Positions 50,980-64,000 of a stretch of DNA of 64,000 bases are shown one piece after another. Every line of letters begins with the position of its first letter. Positions within the stretch are counted from its first letter, which is position 1. The position numbers were made by a program, and so were the translations under genes. The DNA lies in assembly GCA_977017575.1 (NCBI GenBank), contig CDRNVI010000088.1:84728-148727 (forward strand), given 5' to 3'. The DNA comes from Paramoeba atlantica. Its lineage: Eukaryota; Protista; Discosea. Under the pieces are notes generated by a model that saw nothing but the letters and a program-made list of their open reading frames with translations, searched no databases and was not told where the DNA came from.

Positions 50980-53097
50980 TTAATCGACCTCCTGCATACG
51001 TCCTTCGCCCTCCGCAAGATCGTCAGCATCCATTTCCGAGCTGGCCGCCACGGGGGCAGGGGGAAGCTCGTCGTCATCGATGGAGAGGCCGAGTTTCACC
51101 ATGCGGTGGATGCGTTCGCCGTAGGAGGAAGGATCTTCAAGGTTAAACCCTGAGGTCAACAACGCGGTATCGAAGAGGAGCATGACGAGATCCTTCACGG
51201 TCTTGTCGTTCTGATCAGTATCCGCTTTACGTCGGAGCTCCTTAATAATGCTGTGGTGCGGATTGATCTCCATTGTCTTCTTTGACACCATGTACGAGGA
51301 CATGGAAGCGTCTCGCAGGGCTTGGTGCTTCATGATCTGTTCCATGTGTGCACTCCACCCGTGTTCAGAGGTAACCAGGATACAGGGGGAGGTCGCCAAG
51401 CGCTCGGTGAGCACAACCTTGTCCACCTTCTCACCAAGAATCTCTTTGATCGTCGTGCAAAGCTTCTCGAAGGATGCTTTGTTCTCCTCCCGTGCCTTCT
51501 TCTCCTCCTCCGTTTCTTCAAACTTGACGCCCTCCTTGGTGAGACACACGAATTTCTTATCCTCAAAGTCCTTGAGCTGCTGCATGACGTATTCATCAAT
51601 GGGATCCACCATGAACAGGACTTCCATATCACGCCGCTTGGCTTCTTCGAGGAAGGGGGATGTCTCAAGCTTCTTGCGACTGTCTCCCGTGATGTAGTAG
51701 ATGCTCTTCTGGCCCTCCTTCATGCGGGTGACGTAGTCCTTCAAGCTCGTAGCATCTTCGCCGCTCTTCGTGCTGTTGTAGCGTAGCAGTTCGCAAAGTT
51801 TGGTTCGGTTCGTCGCATCCTCATGAATGCCAAGCTTGATGTTCTTCCCGAAGTGCTCATAGAACTTCTTGTAACTGTCCTTATCCGCAGCAAGCTCTTC
51901 GAACAACTCCACCGCCTTCTTCACGACGTTCTTCCGGATCACCTTCAGGATTTTGTTCTGCTGCAGGTTCTCACGGGAGATGTTCAACGGAAGGTCTTCG
52001 CTGTCGACGACGCCTCGAATGAACGCCAGCCACTCCGGACAGATCTCCTCACAGTTGTCCATAATGAAGACACGACGCACGTACAGCTTAATGTTGTTTC
52101 GCTTGCGATTGGGCTCGAACATGTCGAATGGAGCACGCTTCGGGACGAACAGTACTGCGCGGAATTCCAGCTGCCCTTCCACGCTAAAGTGTTTGACGGA
52201 GAGATGCTCCTCCCAGTCGTTGCTGATGGTCTTGTAGAAGGCGGCGTATTCCTCCTGTGACACCTCCTTCGGGTCCTTTGTCCACAGAGGCTTGTTCTTG
52301 TTCAGCACCTCATACTCCACGGAGACGTCCTTCACCTTCTTTGTCTTCTTCTTCACCTCCTGGGGTTCCTCCGCCTCCTCTACCTTGGGCTCGTCCTCCC
52401 CTCCCTCCGGTTTCACTTCCTCCGCCTTTTCCTCCTCCGCCTCGTCGTCCGTAACTTCCTTCTCCGTGGTGCGCTCCACTTGTAGCTCGATGTCGTAGCC
52501 GATGAACTCGGAGTGCTTCTTCACGAGGTCCTTCAGTCGTCGCTCTTCCAGGTACTCCTGTTGGTCCTCCTTCAGGTGCAGCGTGATCATCGTCCCCCGC
52601 TTCACTGGGGCCGAGGGGCAGGGAGCCACGGTGAAGGTGCCACCCGCGGAGGATTCCCAAACATGCGCCTCGTAGTCATTGTGCTTCGAGACGACAGTGA
52701 CTTTGTCCGCGACCAGGTAGGCCGAGTAGAACCCGACACCGAATTGTCCGATCATACTGAGGTCCGCACCCGATTCCAGGGCCTCCATGAACGCCTTGGT
52801 GCCGGATCGAGCAATCGTGCCGAGGTTATTCACCAAGTCCGCTTTCGTCATACCCACCCCGGAGTCAATAATCGACAACGTCTTGTTCGCCTTGTCCGCG
52901 ACCAATTGAATGTGCAACTTCTCATCCGCAGAAAGAACTTCAGGGTTCGTAAGGCTTTGATACCGAATCTTATCCAGGGCGTCGGAAGAGTTGCTGATCA
53001 GCTCGCGTAAGAAAATCTCCTTATTGCTGTAAAAGGTGTTGATGATGAGAGACATCAGCTGATTGATCTCCGCTTGGAACGCAAATGTTTCCGACAT
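50980..53097 (-). CDS. HSP83: Cytosolic Hsp90 (HSP83), copy 3
   Basis: As copy 1; private substitution HNDYE. Confidence 0.98.
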   Translation of the reverse strand: MSETFAFQAEINQLMSLIINTFYSNKEIFLRELISNSSDALDKIRYQSLTNPEVLSADEKLHIQLVADKANKTLSIIDSGVGMTKADLVNNLGTIARSGTKAFMEALESGADLSMIGQFGVGFYSAYLVADKVTVVSKHNDYEAHVWESSAGGTFTVAPCPSAPVKRGTMITLHLKEDQQEYLEERRLKDLVKKHSEFIGYDIELQVERTTEKEVTDDEAEEEKAEEVKPEGGEDEPKVEEAEEPQEVKKKTKKVKDVSVEYEVLNKNKPLWTKDPKEVSQEEYAAFYKTISNDWEEHLSVKHFSVEGQLEFRAVLFVPKRAPFDMFEPNRKRNNIKLYVRRVFIMDNCEEICPEWLAFIRGVVDSEDLPLNISRENLQQNKILKVIRKNVVKKAVELFEELAADKDSYKKFYEHFGKNIKLGIHEDATNRTKLCELLRYNSTKSGEDATSLKDYVTRMKEGQKSIYYITGDSRKKLETSPFLEEAKRRDMEVLFMVDPIDEYVMQQLKDFEDKKFVCLTKEGVKFEETEEEKKAREENKASFEKLCTTIKEILGEKVDKVVLTERLATSPCILVTSEHGWSAHMEQIMKHQALRDASMSSYMVSKKTMEINPHHSIIKELRRKADTDQNDKTVKDLVMLLFDTALLTSGFNLEDPSSYGERIHRMVKLGLSIDDDELPPAPVAASSEMDADDLAEGEGRMQEVD

Positions 53098-53566
53098 TGT
53101 GGAATGCAGTGGAAAGAGAGGAAAATGAAAAAGAAGGCTAGTATTTCTGTGTGAAATCGGTGAATATGGCTGCAAGAACAGTTCGAATAAGGTCTAGCAA
53201 AGTATACAAGCAAGGAAGAAGAGGTTCCAATATAAATCCCGAATATTGCCAACATTAACTTTAAAAAGGAATACTTATCATATGAGTATATCATAGTTTA
53301 TACCATCACCCAGTCGCCTAAAGTTGCGTGAATAACTTTACTGTTTGAAACTAGCATAAGATGAACAATTGTCATGCGTAACGAACTGCTTTGATTCGCA
53401 CAAAACAAAAGATATTGCAGGAGCAAAGTGTCATATCTTGCTCAACCTGGCGATTATCTTGCAGTTCAGCGTTCCTTGAACTTAATTCGTAAAAAGCAAA
53501 AAGATCAAATTTAGCAATTGATTTCCTTCCCCGAATGTGATCTCATAGGATCAACCGATAAGCGAC

Positions 53567-55684
53567 TTAATCGACCTCCTGCATACGTCCTTCGCCCTCC
53601 GCAAGATCGTCAGCATCCATTTCCGAGCTGGCCGCCACGGGGGCAGGGGGAAGCTCGTCGTCATCGATGGAGAGGCCGAGTTTCACCATGCGGTGGATGC
53701 GTTCGCCGTAGGAGGAAGGATCTTCAAGGTTAAACCCTGAGGTCAACAACGCGGTATCGAAGAGGAGCATGACGAGATCCTTCACGGTCTTGTCGTTCTG
53801 ATCAGTATCCGCTTTACGTCGGAGCTCCTTAATAATGCTGTGGTGCGGATTGATCTCCATTGTCTTCTTTGACACCATGTACGAGGACATGGAAGCGTCT
53901 CGCAGGGCTTGGTGCTTCATGATCTGTTCCATGTGTGCACTCCACCCGTGTTCAGAGGTAACCAGGATACAGGGGGAGGTCGCCAAGCGCTCGGTGAGCA
54001 CAACCTTGTCCACCTTCTCACCAAGAATCTCTTTGATCGTCGTGCAAAGCTTCTCGAAGGATGCTTTGTTCTCCTCCCGTGCCTTCTTCTCCTCCTCCGT
54101 TTCTTCAAACTTGACGCCCTCCTTGGTGAGACACACGAATTTCTTATCCTCAAAGTCCTTGAGCTGCTGCATGACGTATTCATCAATGGGATCCACCATG
54201 AACAGGACTTCCATATCACGCCGCTTGGCTTCTTCGAGGAAGGGGGATGTCTCAAGCTTCTTGCGACTGTCTCCCGTGATGTAGTAGATGCTCTTCTGGC
54301 CCTCCTTCATGCGGGTGACGTAGTCCTTCAAGCTCGTAGCATCTTCGCCGCTCTTCGTGCTGTTGTAGCGTAGCAGTTCGCAAAGTTTGGTTCGGTTCGT
54401 CGCATCCTCATGAATGCCAAGCTTGATGTTCTTCCCGAAGTGCTCATAGAACTTCTTGTAACTGTCCTTATCCGCAGCAAGCTCTTCGAACAACTCCACC
54501 GCCTTCTTCACGACGTTCTTCCGGATCACCTTCAGGATTTTGTTCTGCTGCAGGTTCTCACGGGAGATGTTCAACGGAAGGTCTTCGCTGTCGACGACGC
54601 CTCGAATGAACGCCAGCCACTCCGGACAGATCTCCTCACAGTTGTCCATAATGAAGACACGACGCACGTACAGCTTAATGTTGTTTCGCTTGCGATTGGG
54701 CTCGAACATGTCGAATGGAGCACGCTTCGGGACGAACAGTACTGCGCGGAATTCCAGCTGCCCTTCCACGCTAAAGTGTTTGACGGAGAGATGCTCCTCC
54801 CAGTCGTTGCTGATGGTCTTGTAGAAGGCGGCGTATTCCTCCTGTGACACCTCCTTCGGGTCCTTTGTCCACAGAGGCTTGTTCTTGTTCAGCACCTCAT
54901 ACTCCACGGAGACGTCCTTCACCTTCTTTGTCTTCTTCTTCACCTCCTGGGGTTCCTCCGCCTCCTCTACCTTGGGCTCGTCCTCCCCTCCCTCCGGTTT
55001 CACTTCCTCCGCCTTTTCCTCCTCCGCCTCGTCGTCCGTAACTTCCTTCTCCGTGGTGCGCTCCACTTGTAGCTCGATGTCGTAGCCGATGAACTCGGAG
55101 TGCTTCTTCACGAGGTCCTTCAGTCGTCGCTCTTCCAGGTACTCCTGTTGGTCCTCCTTCAGGTGCAGCGTGATCATTGTCCCCCGCTTCACTGGGGCCG
55201 AGGGGCAGGGAGCCACGGTGAAGGTGCCACCCGCGGAGGATTCCCAAACGTGCGCCTCGTCGTCATTGTGCTTCGAGACGACAGTGACTTTGTCCGCGAC
55301 CAGGTAGGCCGAGTAGAACCCGACACCGAATTGTCCGATCATACTGAGGTCCGCACCCGATTCCAGGGCCTCCATGAACGCCTTGGTGCCGGATCGAGCA
55401 ATCGTGCCGAGGTTATTCACCAAGTCCGCTTTCGTCATACCCACCCCGGAGTCAATAATCGACAACGTCTTGTTCGCCTTGTCCGCGACCAATTGAATGT
55501 GCAACTTCTCATCCGCAGAAAGAACTTCAGGGTTCGTAAGGCTTTGATACCGAATCTTATCCAGGGCGTCGGAAGAGTTGCTGATCAGCTCGCGTAAGAA
55601 AATCTCCTTATTGCTGTAAAAGGTGTTGATGATGAGAGACATCAGCTGATTGATCTCCGCTTGGAACGCAAATGTTTCCGACAT
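53567..55684 (-). CDS. HSP83: Cytosolic Hsp90 (HSP83), copy 4
   Basis: Complete ORF; protein same as copies 5-7. Confidence 0.98.
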   Translation of the reverse strand: MSETFAFQAEINQLMSLIINTFYSNKEIFLRELISNSSDALDKIRYQSLTNPEVLSADEKLHIQLVADKANKTLSIIDSGVGMTKADLVNNLGTIARSGTKAFMEALESGADLSMIGQFGVGFYSAYLVADKVTVVSKHNDDEAHVWESSAGGTFTVAPCPSAPVKRGTMITLHLKEDQQEYLEERRLKDLVKKHSEFIGYDIELQVERTTEKEVTDDEAEEEKAEEVKPEGGEDEPKVEEAEEPQEVKKKTKKVKDVSVEYEVLNKNKPLWTKDPKEVSQEEYAAFYKTISNDWEEHLSVKHFSVEGQLEFRAVLFVPKRAPFDMFEPNRKRNNIKLYVRRVFIMDNCEEICPEWLAFIRGVVDSEDLPLNISRENLQQNKILKVIRKNVVKKAVELFEELAADKDSYKKFYEHFGKNIKLGIHEDATNRTKLCELLRYNSTKSGEDATSLKDYVTRMKEGQKSIYYITGDSRKKLETSPFLEEAKRRDMEVLFMVDPIDEYVMQQLKDFEDKKFVCLTKEGVKFEETEEEKKAREENKASFEKLCTTIKEILGEKVDKVVLTERLATSPCILVTSEHGWSAHMEQIMKHQALRDASMSSYMVSKKTMEINPHHSIIKELRRKADTDQNDKTVKDLVMLLFDTALLTSGFNLEDPSSYGERIHRMVKLGLSIDDDELPPAPVAASSEMDADDLAEGEGRMQEVD

Positions 55685-56153
55685 TGTGGAATGCAGTGGA
55701 AAGAGAGGAAAATGAAAAAGAAGGCTAGTATTTCTGTGTGAAATCGGAGAATATGGCTGCAAGAACAGTTCGAATAAGGTCTAGCAAAGTATACAAGCAG
55801 GGAAGAAGAGATTCCAATATAAATCCCGAATATTGCCAACATTAACTTTAAAAAGGAGTACTTATCATATGAGTATATCATAGTTTATACCATCACCCAG
55901 TCGCCTAAAGTTGCGTGAATAACTTTACTGTTTGAAACTAGCATAAGATGAACAATTGTCATGCGTAACGAACTGCTTTGATTCGCACAAAACAAAAGAT
56001 ATTGCAGGAGCAAAGTGTCATATCTTGCTCAACCTGGCGATTATCTTGCAGTTCAGCGTTCCTTGAACTTAATTCGTAAAAAGCAAAAAGATCAAATTTA
56101 GCAATTGATTTCCTTCCCCGAATGTGATCTCATAGGATCAACCGATAAGCGAC

Positions 56154-58271
56154 TTAATCGACCTCCTGCATACGTCCTTCGCCCTCCGCAAGATCGTCAG
56201 CATCCATTTCCGAGCTGGCCGCCACGGGGGCAGGGGGAAGCTCGTCGTCATCGATGGAGAGGCCGAGTTTCACCATGCGGTGGATGCGTTCGCCGTAGGA
56301 GGAAGGATCTTCAAGGTTAAACCCTGAGGTCAACAACGCGGTATCGAAGAGGAGCATGACGAGATCCTTCACGGTCTTGTCGTTCTGATCAGTATCCGCT
56401 TTACGTCGGAGCTCCTTAATAATGCTGTGGTGCGGATTGATCTCCATTGTCTTCTTTGACACCATGTACGAGGACATGGAAGCGTCTCGCAGGGCTTGGT
56501 GCTTCATGATCTGTTCCATGTGTGCACTCCACCCGTGTTCAGAGGTAACCAGGATACAGGGGGAGGTCGCCAAGCGCTCGGTGAGCACAACCTTGTCCAC
56601 CTTCTCACCAAGAATCTCTTTGATCGTCGTGCAAAGCTTCTCGAAGGATGCTTTGTTCTCCTCCCGTGCCTTCTTCTCCTCCTCCGTTTCTTCAAACTTG
56701 ACGCCCTCCTTGGTGAGACACACGAATTTCTTATCCTCAAAGTCCTTGAGCTGCTGCATGACGTATTCATCAATGGGATCCACCATGAACAGGACTTCCA
56801 TATCACGCCGCTTGGCTTCTTCGAGGAAGGGGGATGTCTCAAGCTTCTTGCGACTGTCTCCCGTGATGTAGTAGATGCTCTTCTGGCCCTCCTTCATGCG
56901 GGTGACGTAGTCCTTCAAGCTCGTAGCATCTTCGCCGCTCTTCGTGCTGTTGTAGCGTAGCAGTTCGCAAAGTTTGGTTCGGTTCGTCGCATCCTCATGA
57001 ATGCCAAGCTTGATGTTCTTCCCGAAGTGCTCATAGAACTTCTTGTAACTGTCCTTATCCGCAGCAAGCTCTTCGAACAACTCCACCGCCTTCTTCACGA
57101 CGTTCTTCCGGATCACCTTCAGGATTTTGTTCTGCTGCAGGTTCTCACGGGAGATGTTCAACGGAAGGTCTTCGCTGTCGACGACGCCTCGAATGAACGC
57201 CAGCCACTCCGGACAGATCTCCTCACAGTTGTCCATAATGAAGACACGACGCACGTACAGCTTAATGTTGTTTCGCTTGCGATTGGGCTCGAACATGTCG
57301 AATGGAGCACGCTTCGGGACGAACAGTACTGCGCGGAATTCCAGCTGCCCTTCCACGCTAAAGTGTTTGACGGAGAGATGCTCCTCCCAGTCGTTGCTGA
57401 TGGTCTTGTAGAAGGCGGCGTATTCCTCCTGTGACACCTCCTTCGGGTCCTTTGTCCACAGAGGCTTGTTCTTGTTCAGCACCTCATACTCCACGGAGAC
57501 GTCCTTCACCTTCTTTGTCTTCTTCTTCACCTCCTGGGGTTCCTCCGCCTCCTCTACCTTGGGCTCGTCCTCCCCTCCCTCCGGTTTCACTTCCTCCGCC
57601 TTTTCCTCCTCCGCCTCGTCGTCCGTAACTTCCTTCTCCGTGGTGCGCTCCACTTGTAGCTCGATGTCGTAGCCGATGAACTCGGAGTGCTTCTTCACGA
57701 GGTCCTTCAGTCGTCGCTCTTCCAGGTACTCCTGTTGGTCCTCCTTCAGGTGCAGCGTGATCATTGTCCCCCGCTTCACTGGGGCCGAGGGGCAGGGAGC
57801 CACGGTGAAGGTGCCACCCGCGGAGGATTCCCAAACGTGCGCCTCGTCGTCATTGTGCTTCGAGACGACAGTGACTTTGTCCGCGACCAGGTAGGCCGAG
57901 TAGAACCCGACACCGAATTGTCCGATCATACTGAGGTCCGCACCCGATTCCAGGGCCTCCATGAACGCCTTGGTGCCGGATCGAGCAATCGTGCCGAGGT
58001 TATTCACCAAGTCCGCTTTCGTCATACCCACCCCGGAGTCAATAATCGACAACGTCTTGTTCGCCTTGTCCGCGACCAATTGAATGTGCAACTTCTCATC
58101 CGCAGAAAGAACTTCAGGGTTCGTAAGGCTTTGATACCGAATCTTATCCAGGGCGTCGGAAGAGTTGCTGATCAGCTCGCGTAAGAAAATCTCCTTATTG
58201 CTGTAAAAGGTGTTGATGATGAGAGACATCAGCTGATTGATCTCCGCTTGGAACGCAAATGTTTCCGACAT
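56154..58271 (-). CDS. HSP83: Cytosolic Hsp90 (HSP83), copy 5
   Basis: Complete ORF. Confidence 0.98.
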   Translation of the reverse strand: MSETFAFQAEINQLMSLIINTFYSNKEIFLRELISNSSDALDKIRYQSLTNPEVLSADEKLHIQLVADKANKTLSIIDSGVGMTKADLVNNLGTIARSGTKAFMEALESGADLSMIGQFGVGFYSAYLVADKVTVVSKHNDDEAHVWESSAGGTFTVAPCPSAPVKRGTMITLHLKEDQQEYLEERRLKDLVKKHSEFIGYDIELQVERTTEKEVTDDEAEEEKAEEVKPEGGEDEPKVEEAEEPQEVKKKTKKVKDVSVEYEVLNKNKPLWTKDPKEVSQEEYAAFYKTISNDWEEHLSVKHFSVEGQLEFRAVLFVPKRAPFDMFEPNRKRNNIKLYVRRVFIMDNCEEICPEWLAFIRGVVDSEDLPLNISRENLQQNKILKVIRKNVVKKAVELFEELAADKDSYKKFYEHFGKNIKLGIHEDATNRTKLCELLRYNSTKSGEDATSLKDYVTRMKEGQKSIYYITGDSRKKLETSPFLEEAKRRDMEVLFMVDPIDEYVMQQLKDFEDKKFVCLTKEGVKFEETEEEKKAREENKASFEKLCTTIKEILGEKVDKVVLTERLATSPCILVTSEHGWSAHMEQIMKHQALRDASMSSYMVSKKTMEINPHHSIIKELRRKADTDQNDKTVKDLVMLLFDTALLTSGFNLEDPSSYGERIHRMVKLGLSIDDDELPPAPVAASSEMDADDLAEGEGRMQEVD

Positions 58272-58740
58272 TGTGGAATGCAGTGGAAAGAGAGGAAAAT
58301 GAAAAAGAAGGCTAGTATTTCTGTGTGAAATCGGAGAATATGGCTGCAAGAACAGTTCGAATAAGGTCTAGCAAAGTATACAAGCAGGGAAGAAGAGATT
58401 CCAATATAAATCCCGAATATTGCCAACATTAACTTTAAAAAGGAGTACTTATCATATGAGTATATCATAGTTTATACCATCACCCAGTCGCCTAAAGTTG
58501 CGTGAATAACTTTACTGTTTGAAACTAGCATAAGATGAACAATTGTCATGCGTAACGAACTGCTTTGATTCGCACAAAACAAAAGATATTGCAGGAGCAA
58601 AGTGTCATATCTTGCTCAACCTGGCGATTATCTTGCAGTTCAGCGTTCCTTGAACTTAATTCGTAAAAAGCAAAAAGATCAAATTTAGCAATTGATTTCC
58701 TTCCCCGAATGTGATCTCATAGGATCAACCGATAAGCGAC

Positions 58741-60858
58741 TTAATCGACCTCCTGCATACGTCCTTCGCCCTCCGCAAGATCGTCAGCATCCATTTCCGA
58801 GCTGGCCGCCACGGGGGCAGGGGGAAGCTCGTCGTCATCGATGGAGAGGCCGAGTTTCACCATGCGGTGGATGCGTTCGCCGTAGGAGGAAGGATCTTCA
58901 AGGTTAAACCCTGAGGTCAACAACGCGGTATCGAAGAGGAGCATGACGAGATCCTTCACGGTCTTGTCGTTCTGATCAGTATCCGCTTTACGTCGGAGCT
59001 CCTTAATAATGCTGTGGTGCGGATTGATCTCCATTGTCTTCTTTGACACCATGTACGAGGACATGGAAGCGTCTCGCAGGGCTTGGTGCTTCATGATCTG
59101 TTCCATGTGTGCACTCCACCCGTGTTCAGAGGTAACCAGGATACAGGGGGAGGTCGCCAAGCGCTCGGTGAGCACAACCTTGTCCACCTTCTCACCAAGA
59201 ATCTCTTTGATCGTCGTGCAAAGCTTCTCGAAGGATGCTTTGTTCTCCTCCCGTGCCTTCTTCTCCTCCTCCGTTTCTTCAAACTTGACGCCCTCCTTGG
59301 TGAGACACACGAATTTCTTATCCTCAAAGTCCTTGAGCTGCTGCATGACGTATTCATCAATGGGATCCACCATGAACAGGACTTCCATATCACGCCGCTT
59401 GGCTTCTTCGAGGAAGGGGGATGTCTCAAGCTTCTTGCGACTGTCTCCCGTGATGTAGTAGATGCTCTTCTGGCCCTCCTTCATGCGGGTGACGTAGTCC
59501 TTCAAGCTCGTAGCATCTTCGCCGCTCTTCGTGCTGTTGTAGCGTAGCAGTTCGCAAAGTTTGGTTCGGTTCGTCGCATCCTCATGAATGCCAAGCTTGA
59601 TGTTCTTCCCGAAGTGCTCATAGAACTTCTTGTAACTGTCCTTATCCGCAGCAAGCTCTTCGAACAACTCCACCGCCTTCTTCACGACGTTCTTCCGGAT
59701 CACCTTCAGGATTTTGTTCTGCTGCAGGTTCTCACGGGAGATGTTCAACGGAAGGTCTTCGCTGTCGACGACGCCTCGAATGAACGCCAGCCACTCCGGA
59801 CAGATCTCCTCACAGTTGTCCATAATGAAGACACGACGCACGTACAGCTTAATGTTGTTTCGCTTGCGATTGGGCTCGAACATGTCGAATGGAGCACGCT
59901 TCGGGACGAACAGTACTGCGCGGAATTCCAGCTGCCCTTCCACGCTAAAGTGTTTGACGGAGAGATGCTCCTCCCAGTCGTTGCTGATGGTCTTGTAGAA
60001 GGCGGCGTATTCCTCCTGTGACACCTCCTTCGGGTCCTTTGTCCACAGAGGCTTGTTCTTGTTCAGCACCTCATACTCCACGGAGACGTCCTTCACCTTC
60101 TTTGTCTTCTTCTTCACCTCCTGGGGTTCCTCCGCCTCCTCTACCTTGGGCTCGTCCTCCCCTCCCTCCGGTTTCACTTCCTCCGCCTTTTCCTCCTCCG
60201 CCTCGTCGTCCGTAACTTCCTTCTCCGTGGTGCGCTCCACTTGTAGCTCGATGTCGTAGCCGATGAACTCGGAGTGCTTCTTCACGAGGTCCTTCAGTCG
60301 TCGCTCTTCCAGGTACTCCTGTTGGTCCTCCTTCAGGTGCAGCGTGATCATTGTCCCCCGCTTCACTGGGGCCGAGGGGCAGGGAGCCACGGTGAAGGTG
60401 CCACCCGCGGAGGATTCCCAAACGTGCGCCTCGTCGTCATTGTGCTTCGAGACGACAGTGACTTTGTCCGCGACCAGGTAGGCCGAGTAGAACCCGACAC
60501 CGAATTGTCCGATCATACTGAGGTCCGCACCCGATTCCAGGGCCTCCATGAACGCCTTGGTGCCGGATCGAGCAATCGTGCCGAGGTTATTCACCAAGTC
60601 CGCTTTCGTCATACCCACCCCGGAGTCAATAATCGACAACGTCTTGTTCGCCTTGTCCGCGACCAATTGAATGTGCAACTTCTCATCCGCAGAAAGAACT
60701 TCAGGGTTCGTAAGGCTTTGATACCGAATCTTATCCAGGGCGTCGGAAGAGTTGCTGATCAGCTCGCGTAAGAAAATCTCCTTATTGCTGTAAAAGGTGT
60801 TGATGATGAGAGACATCAGCTGATTGATCTCCGCTTGGAACGCAAATGTTTCCGACAT
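58741..60858 (-). CDS. HSP83: Cytosolic Hsp90 (HSP83), copy 6
   Basis: Complete ORF. Confidence 0.98.
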   Translation of the reverse strand: MSETFAFQAEINQLMSLIINTFYSNKEIFLRELISNSSDALDKIRYQSLTNPEVLSADEKLHIQLVADKANKTLSIIDSGVGMTKADLVNNLGTIARSGTKAFMEALESGADLSMIGQFGVGFYSAYLVADKVTVVSKHNDDEAHVWESSAGGTFTVAPCPSAPVKRGTMITLHLKEDQQEYLEERRLKDLVKKHSEFIGYDIELQVERTTEKEVTDDEAEEEKAEEVKPEGGEDEPKVEEAEEPQEVKKKTKKVKDVSVEYEVLNKNKPLWTKDPKEVSQEEYAAFYKTISNDWEEHLSVKHFSVEGQLEFRAVLFVPKRAPFDMFEPNRKRNNIKLYVRRVFIMDNCEEICPEWLAFIRGVVDSEDLPLNISRENLQQNKILKVIRKNVVKKAVELFEELAADKDSYKKFYEHFGKNIKLGIHEDATNRTKLCELLRYNSTKSGEDATSLKDYVTRMKEGQKSIYYITGDSRKKLETSPFLEEAKRRDMEVLFMVDPIDEYVMQQLKDFEDKKFVCLTKEGVKFEETEEEKKAREENKASFEKLCTTIKEILGEKVDKVVLTERLATSPCILVTSEHGWSAHMEQIMKHQALRDASMSSYMVSKKTMEINPHHSIIKELRRKADTDQNDKTVKDLVMLLFDTALLTSGFNLEDPSSYGERIHRMVKLGLSIDDDELPPAPVAASSEMDADDLAEGEGRMQEVD

Positions 60859-61327
60859 TGTGGAATGCAGTGGAAAGAGAGGAAAATGAAAAAGAAGGCT
60901 AGTATTTCTGTGTGAAATCGGAGAATATGGCTGCAAGAACAGTTCGAATAAGGTCTAGCAAAGTATACAAGCAGGGAAGAAGAGATTCCAATATAAATCC
61001 CGAATATTGCCAACATTAACTTTAAAAAGGAGTACTTATCATATGAGTATATCATAGTTTATACCATCACCCAGTCGCCTAAAGTTGCGTGAATAACTTT
61101 ACTGTTTGAAACTAGCATAAGATGAACAATTGTCATGCGTAACGAACTGCTTTGATTCGCACAAAACAAAAGATATTGCAGGAGCAAAGTGTCATATCTT
61201 GCTCAACCTGGCGATTATCTTGCAGTTCAGCGTTCCTTGAACTTAATTCGTAAAAAGCAAAAAGATCAAATTTAGCAATTGATTTCCTTCCCCGAATGTG
61301 ATCTCATAGGATCAACCGATAAGCGAC

Positions 61328-63445
61328 TTAATCGACCTCCTGCATACGTCCTTCGCCCTCCGCAAGATCGTCAGCATCCATTTCCGAGCTGGCCGCCACG
61401 GGGGCAGGGGGAAGCTCGTCGTCATCGATGGAGAGGCCGAGTTTCACCATGCGGTGGATGCGTTCGCCGTAGGAGGAAGGATCTTCAAGGTTAAACCCTG
61501 AGGTCAACAACGCGGTATCGAAGAGGAGCATGACGAGATCCTTCACGGTCTTGTCGTTCTGATCAGTATCCGCTTTACGTCGGAGCTCCTTAATAATGCT
61601 GTGGTGCGGATTGATCTCCATTGTCTTCTTTGACACCATGTACGAGGACATGGAAGCGTCTCGCAGGGCTTGGTGCTTCATGATCTGTTCCATGTGTGCA
61701 CTCCACCCGTGTTCAGAGGTAACCAGGATACAGGGGGAGGTCGCCAAGCGCTCGGTGAGCACAACCTTGTCCACCTTCTCACCAAGAATCTCTTTGATCG
61801 TCGTGCAAAGCTTCTCGAAGGATGCTTTGTTCTCCTCCCGTGCCTTCTTCTCCTCCTCCGTTTCTTCAAACTTGACGCCCTCCTTGGTGAGACACACGAA
61901 TTTCTTATCCTCAAAGTCCTTGAGCTGCTGCATGACGTATTCATCAATGGGATCCACCATGAACAGGACTTCCATATCACGCCGCTTGGCTTCTTCGAGG
62001 AAGGGGGATGTCTCAAGCTTCTTGCGACTGTCTCCCGTGATGTAGTAGATGCTCTTCTGGCCCTCCTTCATGCGGGTGACGTAGTCCTTCAAGCTCGTAG
62101 CATCTTCGCCGCTCTTCGTGCTGTTGTAGCGTAGCAGTTCGCAAAGTTTGGTTCGGTTCGTCGCATCCTCATGAATGCCAAGCTTGATGTTCTTCCCGAA
62201 GTGCTCATAGAACTTCTTGTAACTGTCCTTATCCGCAGCAAGCTCTTCGAACAACTCCACCGCCTTCTTCACGACGTTCTTCCGGATCACCTTCAGGATT
62301 TTGTTCTGCTGCAGGTTCTCACGGGAGATGTTCAACGGAAGGTCTTCGCTGTCGACGACGCCTCGAATGAACGCCAGCCACTCCGGACAGATCTCCTCAC
62401 AGTTGTCCATAATGAAGACACGACGCACGTACAGCTTAATGTTGTTTCGCTTGCGATTGGGCTCGAACATGTCGAATGGAGCACGCTTCGGGACGAACAG
62501 TACTGCGCGGAATTCCAGCTGCCCTTCCACGCTAAAGTGTTTGACGGAGAGATGCTCCTCCCAGTCGTTGCTGATGGTCTTGTAGAAGGCGGCGTATTCC
62601 TCCTGTGACACCTCCTTCGGGTCCTTTGTCCACAGAGGCTTGTTCTTGTTCAGCACCTCATACTCCACGGAGACGTCCTTCACCTTCTTTGTCTTCTTCT
62701 TCACCTCCTGGGGTTCCTCCGCCTCCTCTACCTTGGGCTCGTCCTCCCCTCCCTCCGGTTTCACTTCCTCCGCCTTTTCCTCCTCCGCCTCGTCGTCCGT
62801 AACTTCCTTCTCCGTGGTGCGCTCCACTTGTAGCTCGATGTCGTAGCCGATGAACTCGGAGTGCTTCTTCACGAGGTCCTTCAGTCGTCGCTCTTCCAGG
62901 TACTCCTGTTGGTCCTCCTTCAGGTGCAGCGTGATCATTGTCCCCCGCTTCACTGGGGCCGAGGGGCAGGGAGCCACGGTGAAGGTGCCACCCGCGGAGG
63001 ATTCCCAAACGTGCGCCTCGTCGTCATTGTGCTTCGAGACGACAGTGACTTTGTCCGCGACCAGGTAGGCCGAGTAGAACCCGACACCGAATTGTCCGAT
63101 CATACTGAGGTCCGCACCCGATTCCAGGGCCTCCATGAACGCCTTGGTGCCGGATCGAGCAATCGTGCCGAGGTTATTCACCAAGTCCGCTTTCGTCATA
63201 CCCACCCCGGAGTCAATAATCGACAACGTCTTGTTCGCCTTGTCCGCGACCAATTGAATGTGCAACTTCTCATCCGCAGAAAGAACTTCAGGGTTCGTAA
63301 GGCTTTGATACCGAATCTTATCCAGGGCGTCGGAAGAGTTGCTGATCAGCTCGCGTAAGAAAATCTCCTTATTGCTGTAAAAGGTGTTGATGATGAGAGA
63401 CATCAGCTGATTGATCTCCGCTTGGAACGCAAATGTTTCCGACAT
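61328..63445 (-). CDS. HSP83: Cytosolic Hsp90 (HSP83), copy 7
   Basis: Complete ORF. Confidence 0.98.
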   Translation of the reverse strand: MSETFAFQAEINQLMSLIINTFYSNKEIFLRELISNSSDALDKIRYQSLTNPEVLSADEKLHIQLVADKANKTLSIIDSGVGMTKADLVNNLGTIARSGTKAFMEALESGADLSMIGQFGVGFYSAYLVADKVTVVSKHNDDEAHVWESSAGGTFTVAPCPSAPVKRGTMITLHLKEDQQEYLEERRLKDLVKKHSEFIGYDIELQVERTTEKEVTDDEAEEEKAEEVKPEGGEDEPKVEEAEEPQEVKKKTKKVKDVSVEYEVLNKNKPLWTKDPKEVSQEEYAAFYKTISNDWEEHLSVKHFSVEGQLEFRAVLFVPKRAPFDMFEPNRKRNNIKLYVRRVFIMDNCEEICPEWLAFIRGVVDSEDLPLNISRENLQQNKILKVIRKNVVKKAVELFEELAADKDSYKKFYEHFGKNIKLGIHEDATNRTKLCELLRYNSTKSGEDATSLKDYVTRMKEGQKSIYYITGDSRKKLETSPFLEEAKRRDMEVLFMVDPIDEYVMQQLKDFEDKKFVCLTKEGVKFEETEEEKKAREENKASFEKLCTTIKEILGEKVDKVVLTERLATSPCILVTSEHGWSAHMEQIMKHQALRDASMSSYMVSKKTMEINPHHSIIKELRRKADTDQNDKTVKDLVMLLFDTALLTSGFNLEDPSSYGERIHRMVKLGLSIDDDELPPAPVAASSEMDADDLAEGEGRMQEVD

Positions 63446-63914
63446 TGTGGAATGCAGTGGAAAGAGAGGAAAATGAAAAAGAAGGCTAGTATTTCTGTGT
63501 GAAATCGGAGAATATGGCTGCAAGAACAGTTCGAATAAGGTCTAGCAAAGTATACAAGCAGGGAAGAAGAGATTCCAATATAAATCCCGAATATTGCCAA
63601 CATTAACTTTAAAAAGGAGTACTTATCATATGAGTATATCATAGTTTATACCATCACCCAGTCGCCTAAAGTTGCGTGAATAACTTTACTGTTTGAAACT
63701 AGCATAAGATGAACAATTGTCATGCGTAACGAACTGCTTTGATTCGCACAAAACAAAAGATATTGCAGGAGCAAAGTGTCATATCTTGCTCAACCTGGCG
63801 ATTATCTTGCAGTTCAGCGTTCCTTGAACTTAATTCGTAAAAAGCAAAAAGATCAAATTTAGCAATTGATTTCCTTCCCCGAATGTGATCTCATAGGATC
63901 AACCGATAAGCGAC

Positions 63915-64000
63915 TTAATCGACCTCCTGCATACGTCCTTCGCCCTCCGCAAGATCGTCAGCATCCATTTCCGAGCTGGCCGCCACGGGGGCAGGGGGAA
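63915..64000 (-). CDS. HSP83: HSP83 copy 8, 3' end only (truncated by the window edge)
   Basis: ttaatcgacctcctgcatacg... is identical to the other copies' stop/MQEVD region. Confidence 0.95.
   Translation of the reverse strand, partial: PPAPVAASSEMDADDLAEGEGRMQEVD

Larger units (their letters stand above)
1..63523 (-). other. Directional (polycistronic-type) gene cluster of intronless genes
   Basis: Every recognisable cellular gene is an uninterrupted minus-strand ORF with short spacers. The only intact + strand protein is the transposase. This is the kinetoplastid-type layout. Confidence 0.85.
45620..64000 (-). repeat. Tandem HSP83 gene array, 2587-bp unit, more than 7 copies, continues past the right edge
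   Basis: Stop codons at 45806, 48393, 50980, 53567, 56154, 58741, 61328 and 63915, a constant 2587-bp spacing; spacers near-identical. Confidence 0.98.

Noticed and set aside
1218-63523. Stop-codon reassignment (Blastocrithidia-type)
   Set aside because: Conserved genes are fully open in the standard code and terminate with TAA, TAG or TGA.
45757-63642. Many + strand and alternate-frame ORFs repeated in each HSP83 unit
   Set aside because: Shadow ORFs produced by GC3-rich codon usage of a highly conserved gene; no recognisable motifs.
1-64000. tRNA, rRNA, spliced-leader RNA or snoRNA genes
   Set aside because: No cloverleaf/T-loop, rRNA or SL motif recognised by eye. Divergent small RNAs cannot be excluded without tRNAscan-SE/Infernal.

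Overview
Eukaryotic nuclear DNA, most likely from a divergent kinetoplastid (Perkinsela/prokinetoplastid-like; this is inference). About 24 different intronless genes plus a tandem HSP83 array all lie head-to-tail on the minus strand with short spacers, as in a polycistronic directional gene cluster. The PEPCK ends in a PTS1 (AKL, glycosome-type) and all three stop codons appear to be used normally. Housekeeping genes: PFKFB (partial), MPP10, PUS1/TruA, Wee1-like and CLK/LAMMER kinases, an LYR protein, mL52, RPN12, a GPx-type peroxidase, GDP-fucose synthase, Sec61-gamma, SKP1, ELP3, PEPCK, a FUSC/ALMT transporter, fibrillarin, RAD17 and V-ATPase G. From 45.8 kb to the end there are 7 complete HSP83 copies plus the 3' end of an 8th, at a 2587-bp period. 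Three gene-poor gaps (12.9-15.1, 21.9-25.0 and 27.4-29.3 kb) hold DNA-transposon material: a near-intact Tc1/mariner (DD35E) element on the + strand, a 349-bp MITE with the same AACCC/TA ends, a 73-bp hairpin element, a degenerate CAGTG-ended element, a PIF/Harbinger-IS5 transposase relic between duplicated ends, and a 7-unit minisatellite. The most notable genes are a bacterial-type chorismate lyase (UbiC)-like protein, a receptor pseudokinase with a 5'-nucleotidase-like ectodomain, and an ELP3 with a hydrophobic C-terminal tail. All family calls come from motif recognition by eye; no searches were run.
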